DNA from: Lingula anatina
Lineage: Eukaryota > Animalia > Brachiopoda
Length of the DNA: 64,000 nucleotides
Direction of reading: 5' to 3'
NCBI GenBank assembly: GCA_051362555.1
Contig: CM120642.1
Coordinates: forward strand, 31,558,001-31,622,000
Each line of letters begins with the position of its first letter. Within the stretch, counting starts at the first letter, position 1. Under the pieces are notes generated by a model. It saw only the letters and a program-made list of their open reading frames with translations. It did not search any database and was not told the DNA's origin. Below are positions 42,301 to 55,400 of the stretch, one piece after another. The position numbers were made by a program, and so were the translations under genes.

Positions 42301-43155
42301 GAATGAATAAATTATTTTCTTGAAAATGAATTGATGAAAAGAAATCTTCATTTTTTAATTATCTTAAGTCTGCATGTTTCAGAAAAATATCTAAACTACA
42401 TTTCGAGTGGTCGTGATAAAAACATCCTTTCGGGGAAAAAAAACAACAACTGTGATATATAAAATGAAAACAGGATAAATATGACTAATAAGTTACATTG
42501 TAACCAAAGACAGTAAAAAGTTTCCATTTTCCTTACTGTGCAATTGTAAGCCACACAATCATCCCAGAATTTGCTGGCAGAAAACTTTTTCTTGACCACC
42601 AGTGTACACCCACTGATAATCATCTGGCCAACGCCCAGGATTCCTCCTGCTGAGTGGTAGAGAGGAAGTGTGTCGTATATAACATCACTGCTACGCATGG
42701 AAAACATCTTGTGCACTCCTTGGGACATGTAGTAAAACCTGAAAATTAATAAATTTGGCAGACTTGGCAGATGTGAAATCGTATAGAAAATTTCATGTGA
42801 CATAACATACTCAGTAACTCATCTTTTTTTTCATTAGATAAAAAAAATCTATAAAGCCTGGAGAATAAACTGAGGTGCTTTCTTGTACAGACACTCCTGT
42901 CCCAATGCTAAGTATAACCAATAACAAATTTAGCTGTTATCATCATCATCATTTTCATCAGGCAAACAACGTCTGAGCTGATGTCTTCCTCACCTTCCAT
43001 GTGTGATGACAGCTGCCTTGGGAAGCCCTGTAGTGCCAGAGGTGTAGATGAAAAATAGCTTATCTGGAAGAGAAAGCATACACTCAGCGATAATAATGTC
43101 CATAGAGCAAAATAAACCAAAGCGGAAGTGATTAAAAACCATTTCATTTTTGTTG

Positions 43156-43199
<44 letters not shown>

Positions 43200-46100
43200 A
43201 AATCAAAGTTACTAAGACACGATCATAATACCATAAAAGTCATGTGTAAGATAAGTGTATACGCTTAACATGTTTTACCCTCCTTAAATAAAGTTTACTA
43301 TTATTATTATTATTATTATTTAGTCAAAATGTACAGACAGTGGCGTGTGCACACACATAACCACACATACAGCACACACTCCATATTTTACTAAAACTTT
43401 AAAAGAACCAGTACCATTGACTTTAATAACTGGAGCATTGGTTGGGTACATATAACCAAGCACGCACACGCACACACACACTCTTTTACTAAAACTTTAA
43501 AAGAACCAGTACCGTTGAGTTTGATAACTGGAGCATTGGGTGGGTGTTTGAGACTCATCTCTATGAGGGGGTCTAGGTTACTGGCCCAACCATTGAGACT
43601 GGGGTCTCTGGGCCCAGTGCAGTAGATTGACATGTGTCTGCCAAATGACCCATTAGCATCCTTCATGGCTGAAAAATGTTGATAAAATTAATTAGTAAAC
43701 ATACTGGTTGTATGAAATAATTTCTGAAGAAATATATTTAAAATGTAAACAGAATTATAACAACATGGTCTTTCTGTGGCATTTGTACTTCGTTTGTGAT
43801 GAAAAGAACCACTTTGTATCACTTCAAGAAAATCTAAAATAATTAGAACAACTGAATTCAATACAATGGGGAACTGTATGAATCATCAACCCATGACATA
43901 TTTCACACATTCCACAGGGAAAACTGATTTAAGGACACCTGTACTCTAGGTGTCTGTACCTGATATCATATCATTCACAAAACCTCTATCAAACAGCACT
44001 GTCCCCAAACCAGTTCATATTAAAATCCCCATAGCAAAATTTGTGAACATGGCAATGTTAAAATGCAGGTCTTTTAGCAAATGATGAGTGTATAATAAGA
44101 AAGATAAAGGGGTTTATCCATCTACTTGTATCTTTTAATGTAATATTTATTGTTTAACATTGTATTCCTTCCCCTTCTTAATTAGTATCTAGAGAGCCTA
44201 CAAACATTAAAACTTTTTTGTGCTCAATAAATTCTTATAAATTATATTATCGCTTTAAAATCAAAGGAGTTAATTCTCAAAGGAAAAATGTGTGATTGAT
44301 GAGTCAGGTAAACACCAGTGTACATTCATGCACATGTTTACTGTGACTAGGATAGATACACATTTGTTTGTACAGTATAGCAATGTATGATAACCAGGCC
44401 GTACAAATTTATAATTCTACATAACATGGCTGTATGGCTATGATAGCTGATGCTATCCCTTAAATCATAGGGTAAAAGTGCACTGGACATATATTATATA
44501 TATATTAGAGCTTGGATAACTGAGCTGTTTTATTCATACAAGATTAGGGCCAGAGAACATGGGTGGGTTTTGTGTTGTTAAAGGATTATAAATCCAAACA
44601 TTATCCATTAGTTAATTATTAATAATTGTTATTAATCATAAATAAGAGACCTTGGCACTGATGCCAGATGACAAACAGGATCACTTGATTATAAGTCTAC
44701 CTAAATTTTGAAAGATAAGATATCTTTTCTTTTCTTTTTTTTGGGGCATATCTGGATATCTCAAAACTTAATTCCCAATTCACTATTTACTACAGCATAT
44801 GGACTAAAGTTATCGAAGTTTCTTATTTTGTGCTATGTTTAACATGGCATTAATGAAGAAAATTAACTTTACCACTTATAGCTCTTTTCAATTTAAATGT
44901 AGTTTTCTTATTAAATTTCAAATAAGTCTCATAATCTCGCCTTTCTGAGGATTCCTAAAGCCTTACTAGGGATTTCTTAAGCTTAGAACATTTCGTTCCC
45001 TTGTCAAGTTGACAGTAAGGGCTAATTCCCAGTGACATTCAGCGCGAGTCCCCCCAGAGTTGGATTGATAGTACAATACAGTATTTTCATCCCTTGGGAA
45101 TCTTTTCTTGTCCTAACATTACCTTGAGTCAGTTCTGTGCCAAATATGAGTGCCTTGGCATCAGCTGCCTTCACACAGTGTACCAGGGCCTCCATCCTGA
45201 GGTTAAAGTTAATGAGGGCACCTGTCACCCCTATCTTAGCCAGACCCAGCCACAGACAGACAAACTCTGGCCTGGTTTCCATAAATATGGCTATGACGTC
45301 CCCCTGTCTATAGCCGGCATCATGGAAATAGTTGGCTACAGCATTGGAATACTCATCCACCTGTCTGAAGGTCCATGTTTGATTTTCAAATAACATAGCT
45401 GCTTTTTCGGGCTGCCTTTTGACTGTTTTAGCAAACACTGTGGTGAGATTGCCATTGGTTCTCATCAACCACCTCATGTTTAGTTTGATCATAATTAGGT
45501 ATGAGAGAGCTCTGAAATAGTGAAAAAAATTGTTTAACATTTTAAATGTCAATAGAAATGCATTGTAGTTTCTTTGATCTTTAATAAATTGCAGTATTAC
45601 AACTGATAATAAATAAGTAAAGATTACAGTGCCTTCCTTGTAAGGACATAAAAAAAATCAAAGGTAACATTAATATGAACTAGTAACAAGAAAAAAATTC
45701 TAATAAATTTGATAAGTAAAATATAAGTGAACCGGCCATACATTAGATGGGTGGGGGTGGGGGCGCTTGGGTCTTTCCCCAACCAATTTACTTTCATAAA
45801 TACATGTAGATATGTGTAGCTTTTTAACTACTCCTGTCTGCCCACCCAAAATAATCCCTGCTAAATTACTGACTAGTGTCATCATCCGGTTACTAGTACA
45901 ATGGTGCTAGTTACTCATCTGGCTTGAAATCCGTCTTATTGTCAATACTGTACAGTGCGTACTGGTATGAAAAAGTGAAATCAATATAATTATCTACGTA
46001 CTCGTTCTACTGGGAACTTACAAGTCTTACAAGACTACAGTAACAGAAATTTTCCTAATTCACTCCTGAGTTCTGGTACCCACCTTGCATCCCGTGGAAA

Positions 46101-46241
46101 CGTTCTGATCACGACCCACGCGAACCTCCATCCGCCGGTTAATAAATATATGAAAAAACATGACAGCAAAGATATGCCGATGGACAAATCAAAGCCAAAA
46201 CACAGCACTGATGCCAATATTAAAAAGAGTAGCGACTTCAT
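39317..46241 (-). CDS. SLC27A4: Long-chain fatty acid transport protein (FATP1/FATP4-like, SLC27A family), 639 aa, 11 coding exons
   Basis: Exons (minus strand) 46241-46084, 45511-45123, 43668-43513, 43063-42994, 42738-42537, 42287-42095, 41650-41507, 41219-41082, 40657-40493, 39960-39814, 39474-39317 (1920 nt, phases consistent). AMP-binding motif [30 protein letters not shown] and FATP signature [26 protein letters not shown]. An in-frame ATG also exists at 46322. SLC27A1 vs SLC27A4 orthology cannot be resolved here. Confidence 0.93.
41388..41547. repeat. 52-bp tandem repeat (3 copies) spanning the FATP exon 7 donor
   Basis: Unit GACACCTGT(G/A)CCTACCTGGCTGACAGTGAACACA(C/A)AGC(C/T)CATTCCTTCCCCT; donors follow positions 41507, 41455 and 41403. 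Confidence 0.95.
43355..43545. repeat. 98-bp tandem duplication spanning the FATP exon 3 donor
   Basis: TTTTACTAAAACTTTAAAAGAACCAGTACC(G/A)TTGA.TTT.ATAACTGGAGCATTGG.TGGGT at ~43387-43447 and ~43485-43545. Confidence 0.9.
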
Positions 46242-46329
46242 GGTTGTCGTTTGCAGCAGGTAGCCCTGTACAAAGTCTCTCAGCACCCTCGCCAGTCTGA
46301 ATTCTACCGACTTTGATCCCATGCGTTAA

Positions 46330-46620
46330 GAGATGCGATAGTATTATTATGTTGGACTTTGAACTCTGTAGTATGGTGTGTTTGGTATCAAAGGTCCGCA
46401 TGTCAGACGCAGCGCATTCGCCGGTCTAGACTCCCCGCCAGTAGAAATAGTTCTATAATTATACATAACTGGCTAGATTCAAGAAAATTTTACTTTAATG
46501 AATTTTATATGACATAACAACCAACTCACACGACAAAAGATTCAGATATGCCGAATAAAAACATTAAATTTACCACAAAATCATTTAGAAAATATTATTG
46601 CGCGCTATAATTAGCCGGAT
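46330..46620. promoter_or_regulatory. Probable shared (bidirectional) promoter between FATP and UBL5
   Basis: Head-to-head genes with ATGs ~700 bp apart; UBL5 has a 5' UTR intron (donor GTAAGT at 46711, acceptor ending at 46940), leaving only a few hundred bp between the likely TSSs. Confidence 0.45.
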
Positions 46621-46947
46621 GTCCAAGTTTCACTCTTCTTCATTTAAAGTCAGGAAAGTTATTTTTCAAGGCGAGTTTTGGAAATTTACGTCGTTCATTT
46701 TACATTGTCGGTAAGTGAAAGTTTGGTACGACTTGAGGTCGTAGCAAGTAGTTAAGAAAATCCAAAGCAAATGATTCTTTTATGTTACTCAGGGATGGTG
46801 ACATATACGAGTTTTTTGTTTGATTTGAATGAAAAATTTCGCCGAAATCACAACTTGTAATTTGGGTAACTGTCCATTTACTAATAAAACAATATCACAA
46901 CTAGAAACAAGGTTTAATTATAGAACTTTTGTTGTTGCAGGAAAAAC

Positions 46948-48314
46948 ATGATTGAAATAACGTGTAACGACCGTCTAGGAAAGAAGGTCAGAGTAAAGTG
47001 CAAGTATCCTATTATATGTATGGACCATGAATGGTGATTGAACAAGATATTTTTTATCAGATATTTCAATGTCTGTCAAATTTAATACTTAGAAATTGGT
47101 TGTTAGAATTGCATATTCCAACAAGTAGGGTTTAACTATGAAAAGAGTGAGTTCATAACCAACAGGCACTTGTTTAAACAGTTACTGCATTTCAAAGTAA
47201 AGAAACATGCAAGTACAGTATTTTAAATTTAATGAAAGACCACACAGTACGTCAATCCTTGACTTTCCGTCAGTCCTGATGACAAAATTGGAGATCTGAA
47301 GAAATTAGTTGCGGCACAGACTGGAACAAGATGGGAGAAGATTGTTCTCAAAAAATGGTAAGATTGATAAATAACTAAGAATTAATGATCTTCGTGAAAA
47401 TAAAATGAAATGAGAAAATGAACAGTAAAAAAAAGCATTATAATATAAACTTAAAATAATATTTTCCAACAGAAAGGTTGCATTAATTGCTTTTTTCTGC
47501 CACAGCCAAAAGAGATCTTTTTTATGAACAGGATACGTGATTGATAAACCATACATTTCATTTTGTTAAAATGTGGATGATTTATTTAACCTACATAACA
47601 TGTAAAATAAAAAGGAATTTGCTGTAACATAAACATTTATAACGGCAAGAAATGGTCAGTGATAAAAATGGAACCACCAAAATTGAAAATATGACTCCCA
47701 TATCTTAATATTAAACATAACTGCTATTTTATTGAAATTTGTTTGTTGGAAATTTTATTTGTTGTAAATATGTTTTTATGTACTGTTATTTCAGGTACAC
47801 TATTTTCAAAGACCATGTCACGTTAGCTGATTGTATCCTTTGCAGTGCTATAGGGGGTTTATATTTGAATATGATGTGCAATTTGAATATTTTTTCACCT
47901 TGTTACTGTGGTTGTTATATTGATATTTTTCAAAGGTTGGGAGCTGAACCCCTATTATGTTTCTTTTGTTGAAGAATTACTTAAAAATTGGTGCATTTTG
48001 CATGGACCTGATTTATTTTAGGTAATTTGTATAAGACACTTCATTCTAATGACATGATAACAAAGGTGATCCCATAGTTTCTCGACCATCTTCCTATGGA
48101 GACTTATGTGTGGATGATTCTCCGCTTTAAAACCTACTACCTTTGATGACTTAGATTGAAAGAGAGTACAGCAGTGATACAAATTAACTTTTTATGGATC
48201 CCGGCAATCCATATTTGTTCACTAAGAAAAAAAATAGAAAAACAGGTTAAATCCTTAACAGGTGTTTCAGATGAAATCAAAGATGGACAGAACTTGGAGT
48301 TGTATTATCAGTAA
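46948..48314 (+). CDS. UBL5: Ubiquitin-like protein 5 (Hub1), 73 aa, 4 coding exons
   Basis: Exons 46948-47003, 47274-47357, 47795-47832, 48271-48314 give [73 protein letters not shown], with the C-terminal YYx hallmark. Not present in the ORF track. Confidence 0.97.
47004..47273 (+). other. U12-type (minor spliceosome) GT-AG intron in UBL5
   Basis: 5' site GTATCCTA; branch point TCCTTGAC at 47256-47263, ~10 nt before the AG. Confidence 0.88.
47833..48270 (+). other. U12-type (minor spliceosome) GT-AG intron in UBL5
   Basis: 5' site GTATCCTTT (consensus); branch point TCCTTAAC at 48252-48259, AG at 48269-48270. Confidence 0.93.
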
Positions 48315-49297
48315 ATCAGTCACATACAATTGTCATTTGAAGGACATCGTTTTCCATCATCATTCATCAGCTGAACCAAGGCACTCTCTTCACCAATGAG
48401 TCCTAGATTGGATCATATTTGTGTTTTCTGACTAAGAAAAAGTTTTGACTATATGGTGAATAATGACACTGAGCATTTACAAAACTGTAAATATGTCTGG
48501 ATGCCTGGAAAGAAAGGAAAGATATCTACTGTAGATGTATATCTGTACCTCTTACAGATGACGCAAAATGCAGGTTTTCTTTTTCTTTATTTGCATCGTT
48601 GAATATGTAACAATCATCTCAATTGCTGAGATGCAAAAAGGGATGTTTAAAAGGCAAAATGGATTCAATAATGCTTAAAGCTTCAAAGCAGATGACATCT
48701 CTCCTTCCATGCAGTTTAGTTGTCTTTGATACTTGATCTGTATAACAAAGTATAACGAAGTCAGCGAAAAAACTTTATTAAATCATCTTGGACAAAAGTT
48801 TGAAAATGTGCAGATAAAAATTCATCTTGGAACATTTGACATTTGAGTTAAATTTGATATTTGAGTTTCATAAAACATAATACTGTGGATATAATAAATA
48901 TTTAATGTTTACAAATATTTGTTTTGAGTGGTTATAAACAATTTTTTTGCTATGTAAATATGTACACAAAATGGCAGTTAATTGTAAAACTAACTTTTAC
49001 TTGGAGTAACTTTTTAAAGGTGAATGTTGCGCCTCAACAATTTTAACTAATCTCACCTGATGCAATTGGCACAGCTAAGCCAGACGACGTCGTGCACTAA
49101 GCGTTTGGTCTTGACATCTGAAAAAAAATCTAAATCACAGTAACAATAATGTATGCATGTAATGCATTTAATAAATAGACATTTCGGCTACATCTGTTGT
49201 TCAACGGTGAAACGTTTTTTTTTCTCTTTTTTTATTTGTGAATTTACGCGTTCCACCATCTACATCCACGTTTTGATGTTAACCCTACCTACCTGGC

Positions 49298-49310
49298 TGA
49301 CGTCACGTGG
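49298..49310. promoter_or_regulatory. Overlapping CRE (TGACGTCA) and E-box (CACGTG) upstream of the uncharacterised gene
   Basis: TGACGTCACGTGG lies ~150 bp upstream of the ATG at 49449. Confidence 0.45.
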
Positions 49311-49448
49311 GAAGTGTGAATCACATTTGTTTGCTGTGAGCTGTGACAACTAGCCGGATCTCTGATCTTTGATAAGTTCGGTGCCAGCGTTCATATTTAA
49401 AAACGCTTCTTCTTACTTTCGCCATGGATTGAACAGTCGATGTTTCTG

Positions 49449-52400
49449 ATGGGGTGCTCGTCGTCGAATTCGGCAAAAGTTGCTGAGCACGAGAAAAACT
49501 CAAAAGTGCCAGGTAAGAATAATAAGTAATACACCTGTATGGACTATGAAGTTTATCTTTCTGTTAAGAGGCACCGGCAGCCTTTGATAATAGGTCAGGT
49601 AAACGGCGCAGTATCTTTGTTAGGGGCTCGTTTATCACTGAAATTCATAGAATGAAAACGATCTATAATTTTGTATCGAAGAATGATTGGGAAACTTAGT
49701 TTCGTTTTGATCAGTGTAAGATAATTGAACTAGCCTTTGGGGTATCGATCTTGGGACATCAAAACTAACAAAAAACCCATATTTTTACAAGGGCAAGAGG
49801 ATGCATTTTAACGAAAAAAATTGGCAAAGAGAGATATGAGTCATTTGAAGCATTTTTAACTTTCCAAATAGTAAAATATTAATTTTTTCAACCATTAAAG
49901 AAAAATCAGCGTTATTCAAAAATATTTTTTGGAAAATTGTTTAAGATAATACAATTTGTATTATATTAATGAAAAATTAAAGAAAAATCTTTATGTGCAA
50001 TATGTTTTTTAAAAATGAAAGAATTATGTATAATTTGTTACAAAGTGAAACTAATACAGAGAATTGCATTTGATTTTTTTTTTTTTTTTGAAAGTAATGT
50101 GAAAACTTTTATGGGCAATTTCTTAGAATGTATTTGAAAGTGTTTTGTTTAAATATAGCATGCAATAATTGAAAGGAACGTATTATGCATCAAAAGACAC
50201 CTGTGAAGTTGTAAAATCTATTGAACTGTTTTGTCCTGCATCACTTCAACCTGGTCTATTCAATGCCTTATTGTGTACTTAAGTTCACAGATCTCACAAT
50301 TTAAACATTGGGGTACCCACAATCTCGACAGTATTTGCCTTCACCTTGATTTAACCCAAGTCCCAGAAAAAATGTCTGCTCAATTAAAAAAGAAAAAAAC
50401 TGTGGGACTTAAGTGCATGACTTAACTAATTTTTTATTGATAACATTCTAGATTTTACTGTTTGTAAGGATGTCAAATTCCCAGTTGAAAAATTACGTAC
50501 ATCTATACACTTTTTAGACAACTTATTTCTCCACCGGTGACTAAGCTGAGTGAACTGTTACTTTCTTTCCTTGTATCAGCAGTTTATATCACACTTTGTG
50601 AGCAGCGACTCGTTATTTCAATACTCAGGAAATATATATGAAATACTTTCAGGTCACGTTAAGGCAGGATTTCTGAGAAATCTGTAATATAAACAGTAAA
50701 ATCCTGTGTACCTTGTCTTAAGAATTGAACTGTCACTGTCAAAAATATTGTTTAGTTATTATGAATGTTATTTGAAGTACTTTAAGATGCCACGCACCTC
50801 ATGCAAAATCATTAAAACCTTTGCAAAGTTTACCCATGCTGCAAGGGAAATTTATGAGTTGTCTACCAGGGTTCAAAATGAAACATAGATGAACTGGTAA
50901 TTTGCTATATAATAAAAACTTCTGTGAAATAGGGGATTGCCAACAAATGCGCTGGCAGATAAGAGATATATTGGTTAGGATACGTATATATCTGTAAATC
51001 AGTCATGTGTGCAGGAAAAGTTGGTGCACACAGAAATCATGACTATTTTTCATCTCAAAGCTATAAATAAAAAAATCCCAACAATGTGTACAATTTGTGA
51101 TAATTGCCACTGAAATCACTTTAGTTTGAACCCCTCCTTGCTACACATCTTTGTTAGGAAAGAAACAATTTAATATATAAACCACTTTGCCAAATACGTA
51201 ATGTCTGTATTGGCTCCTCATTGTAGTAAAATTTCTATATTATGAGTATATTTAGTATATTTCCATAAAAAAATAACAAGACAAATTTACAAAGAGATAA
51301 CTTTCTACTTGGTATCTAGATTTATATGGATTTTAAAATTTCTTCAGTTAAGAAATGGCCAGCAGACTGGTATGATTTTCTTTTTTGTTGACACATGCAG
51401 TATCAAGTGATGAAAATAAGTTGAGTTTATTCAGCATTAACTTAACATATCAGTGACAAATAGACACAGACTCTGAAGTGTGTCATAGGGGTAGTGCACT
51501 GTGGTCAACACCCAGCAAACATCTGCAGGGTTTGACCACAAAACCAGTACAAAATAATATTTAATCTTACTTATTGATCCTTTAAATTAACTACACTTCA
51601 CCTAGTTTTTATTTCATTAGTTTTAGTCAGAGAATAGTCTCTTCCACCAGATTTGTTAATCTCTTAAGACAGTGTCAATTGATTCTGTGGAATAGCATCC
51701 TGGTGTAAACAGCGCAGTATTCAATGAGAGGGTGCCGTGGAAACGGGTAAACATTGACAGTGGTCCCTTTGTGCCCAAGGCTACTTTATGTTACCTGTTT
51801 CATATATTCTTGAACATGCCCCAGGATTTTCTGTGATAGATTTGATTACAGAAAAAATTACTGGGGTTAGATTAAAGTTAAGTGTGTCTGAGAAGTCTTT
51901 GTTGGAACACTGTAGTGAGAATTTTGTGTCGCCCTGCTTTCATTGTGCAAATTTTAAGTCCTGCATTCCCTGTAGAATGAAATGACGTCGTTGACTGAAA
52001 AGGCTTATATCATGTTTGTTTGCCAAGGTATTATCTCCATGTGCGAAATTTGCTTGCTCAAACAAATTAAAAATGGCTTCAGATCAATTACTGTGAAGAT
52101 TAACCTCCTCCGGGATACCTTATCTTTAAGGTTGATGTTATGAGACACCTGTTAAAAGGGCATTTGTAAAATTGTTAGACAGGTTTATTAAGTGTCAATT
52201 AAATGTAGCTTAAAAGTTACCTGCTTACTTGTTTCCAGTCAGTCATTATTATACAGATTTGCCACATCTAGTAAGAACTTAACCTAACTTGATCCATGCC
52301 ACACTTTGATTCTGTGAAGGTAAATGTATTCTTCCTGCATTTGACAGTGTCACTAATTTTTTTCCAATTCATACCTTAAAAATGATAAAACCCATCAAAT

Positions 52401-55400
52401 AAAAGAAACAGATGTTGATTATTTCTTCTTCAGTGTTGGTTAGACAGGAGCAGTCAAAATTTCTGGCTAGACATTTAGAAGTAAATTATTTAATTGAAAA
52501 TGGTATGAAACATTGAATCTGGACATTGGGAGAACTGCAGGTGTTGGGATGGGTGGAGCAATGATTCTTGAGTCTTCAGGAGAAAATTATTTTTTGAAAA
52601 AAATTAAATTTGGCTTGAAAACCCCAGATATAATACCTTTAAATAGAAGTTCTGATGCAAACAAAAAAGTATTTTAAGTAGGAATATAATGCTGTGATTA
52701 GAATGGCTTTTCAATAATCAATACTGTTTGCATTTGCGTTCTTTGTTTGACCAGTTTTATTCTCCGTTAAGCAGTAATAATGTGAACAATGCTTTTTGAA
52801 AAAAAAAACATTTTTTCATCATTAGTAAAGTTCATAAATAATCAATAGTGTGATAGAATTCTTAGTTAAAGGTTACTGAAATGGAAAAGTCAATATTCAA
52901 ATACCAATACAAACTATTTAAAGACTTCCTATGTAAATTTTACCATTTTGTAAGTAATTGAAAGATAAAGCATGTAGGTTATTGAATATTTCCCCCCCAA
53001 CTAAGTCTTTCACTGGGACTCACATACCCGGCCTGAATTTAGAGGGTTGCAGGAGTAAACAGATTAATTAAATTTACGTATTTTATTAAGTTGTTGATTT
53101 ACACAGAACATATAATTGGTTTATAGCTTGGGACTTAATGGTTCACATATATTTGTAGAATACAAATTATTGATTAGGCTTCCTGGAATTGCATTAGCAG
53201 GTAATTGTTTTCAGGAATATTTGGAGAACCCTTTATAGATTCATTAGGTAATTGTTTTCTTTTTAGTTGACAGATACTGTTTGTTCATCTATGTTGGGAT
53301 CTAAATCATTCATAGTAATTCCTGCATGCCATCATTTAAGTACTAGTGACAGGGAAAACTGTCAATACTGTTGTAGATAATTATCACACTGATGGCAAAT
53401 TGATTTTTAAAGCAGAATCAGTTTATTTTCAAAGTTTGCACTTACATGAAAAAAACCTACCCTCTAACAGGCTGTGGAAAATATGTATACTCTTCTCTAT
53501 GGGGATATCACAGATAGCCAAATGACCATCTTTTTATCTAAAGGCAGTTAGTTAGCTGAACTTTTCCTAAATATCCATATATATATGCCTATTTGTTCTG
53601 CTGACATTTGACTGTATGCGGGGACACAAGGCAGTTCATGATCGGCCACATCATAATGGCCTTGTGATGGGGTTTGCTGGTCTGAATTTAAACGGGTTTT
53701 TTTTTTGCGACAAATTAAATCTTATAGGTAAAGACCTTTCCTCAAATTCAATTACTGGACATGAATTGAGAAAAACCAAAGACTATAAAGAGGTCTATAA
53801 AGAAACAGTTAGTTTAGGCATCACATTTTATGACATGGTAAATTGAGCATTACGTTTAACAGCATGCTATAATAAGAAGGCATGGTGTGAGCCTATGTGA
53901 CTTATCTGTGTTGACAACTTGTATGTGTAACATACCCTTACCTCTGTGCTTAAGCTTTCTAATTAGTTTTGCTTGTAAATTGATTAAACCTATCAGTGAA
54001 TTTCCTTTTTCTACCCAATCAAAAAAGTATTCTCTAAAAATAACTGTACAATTCTAAAGTAGTACTTAAATATACAATATTAGAATGCAGAATTTTAAAC
54101 CAAATAAGTAAGATCTCAATTTTTCTGTTTTAGACAAATTAATTGAAGAAAAACAGAGTAAATTAAAGGCAGAAGAAGAGGTGGCTGCCAGAACACTGAG
54201 AGGAGATTTATATCAAAAAGAGTCAGCAAGAAAAGCCAGGGAAAAGAAACTGCAAGAGAAAAGGAAAAAGACAGCATTTAATGCAGAGGTGAGATATTTT
54301 TTCAATTTGTCTCCTCTTTTTTTGTGTCTCTTAAAATAAACATCTCATCTTGTTACACATGAGTACTTAAAATTAGATGTCTCACACAAACAACAGCATA
54401 GTCTGGCATTGAAAAATAACGAAATACTTGGAGTGGCAAGAAAGAAGAGGGAAGCAATATTGATTGTAACATGTAACACTCCTCTCATTTATAAAATACA
54501 GCAGTTCTTGCACTCTGACACTTTAAACCCCAATCACACTTTTTGATAAAAAAAGTAACCAATGGATAAATATTTATTTATTTATTAAAAGTAGGGGCTT
54601 GTGATTTCATAGCATCTTGGCATTAGGGGGAAATGTTACATAAATCCATGCCATTGTTTGATGAAAATCTATCACTTCAATAGTTTCGAAAATATTTGGT
54701 TTTTAGATAAGAATCATTTAATAGGTCATTCATGCTTAAGCAGTGTTGATATAGTTGAAGTTATCAAAGTAGCCAAGTGAGCAACCCATGAGTCTCCATT
54801 TTAAAATCACAGATTTTGGACTTTGAGACAATTTTTATTCATTGAAAATCTACCAGATGTGCAGAAACAGTTATTTTCACCAAAGATATATATATATATA
54901 TAAATATATATATATATTTAAACATTTTTATGTTTAAAAATAGTATGTTTGAAAAATATTGAAAAAAATTAAAAGGAAAAAACCGATAAGCTGCCTTTTG
55001 AATGCGAAAGTAGACCCATAGCAACCTTGGGCAGATTTGATAACCTTAAATGTGATAAAGAATCATGTGTAGATAATTTCATCAAAATGATAAACGACAA
55101 GAAGGGGAGATAACACACCTGTTGATATGAAAAAATGAAGGTTTTCATGATGATAGTACCTGGCTTCATGTTCAGATGTATTTCAATTTGAAATATCACT
55201 ATAAATTTGACTGAAATTTAATTCATAGTCTGCAGCCTTTCCTGTGAAAATAGCATTCCATCCATTCACTTGGAGTGCATGCACTTGTTCTACCTGGCAG
55301 CACAGTCTAATACGGGAATATTATGTAATGGGTCAATACACTTAATACATAAGGGGCATGAGAATTAATACAGTATACATGGTTGGTTTTTAGAGCAAAT

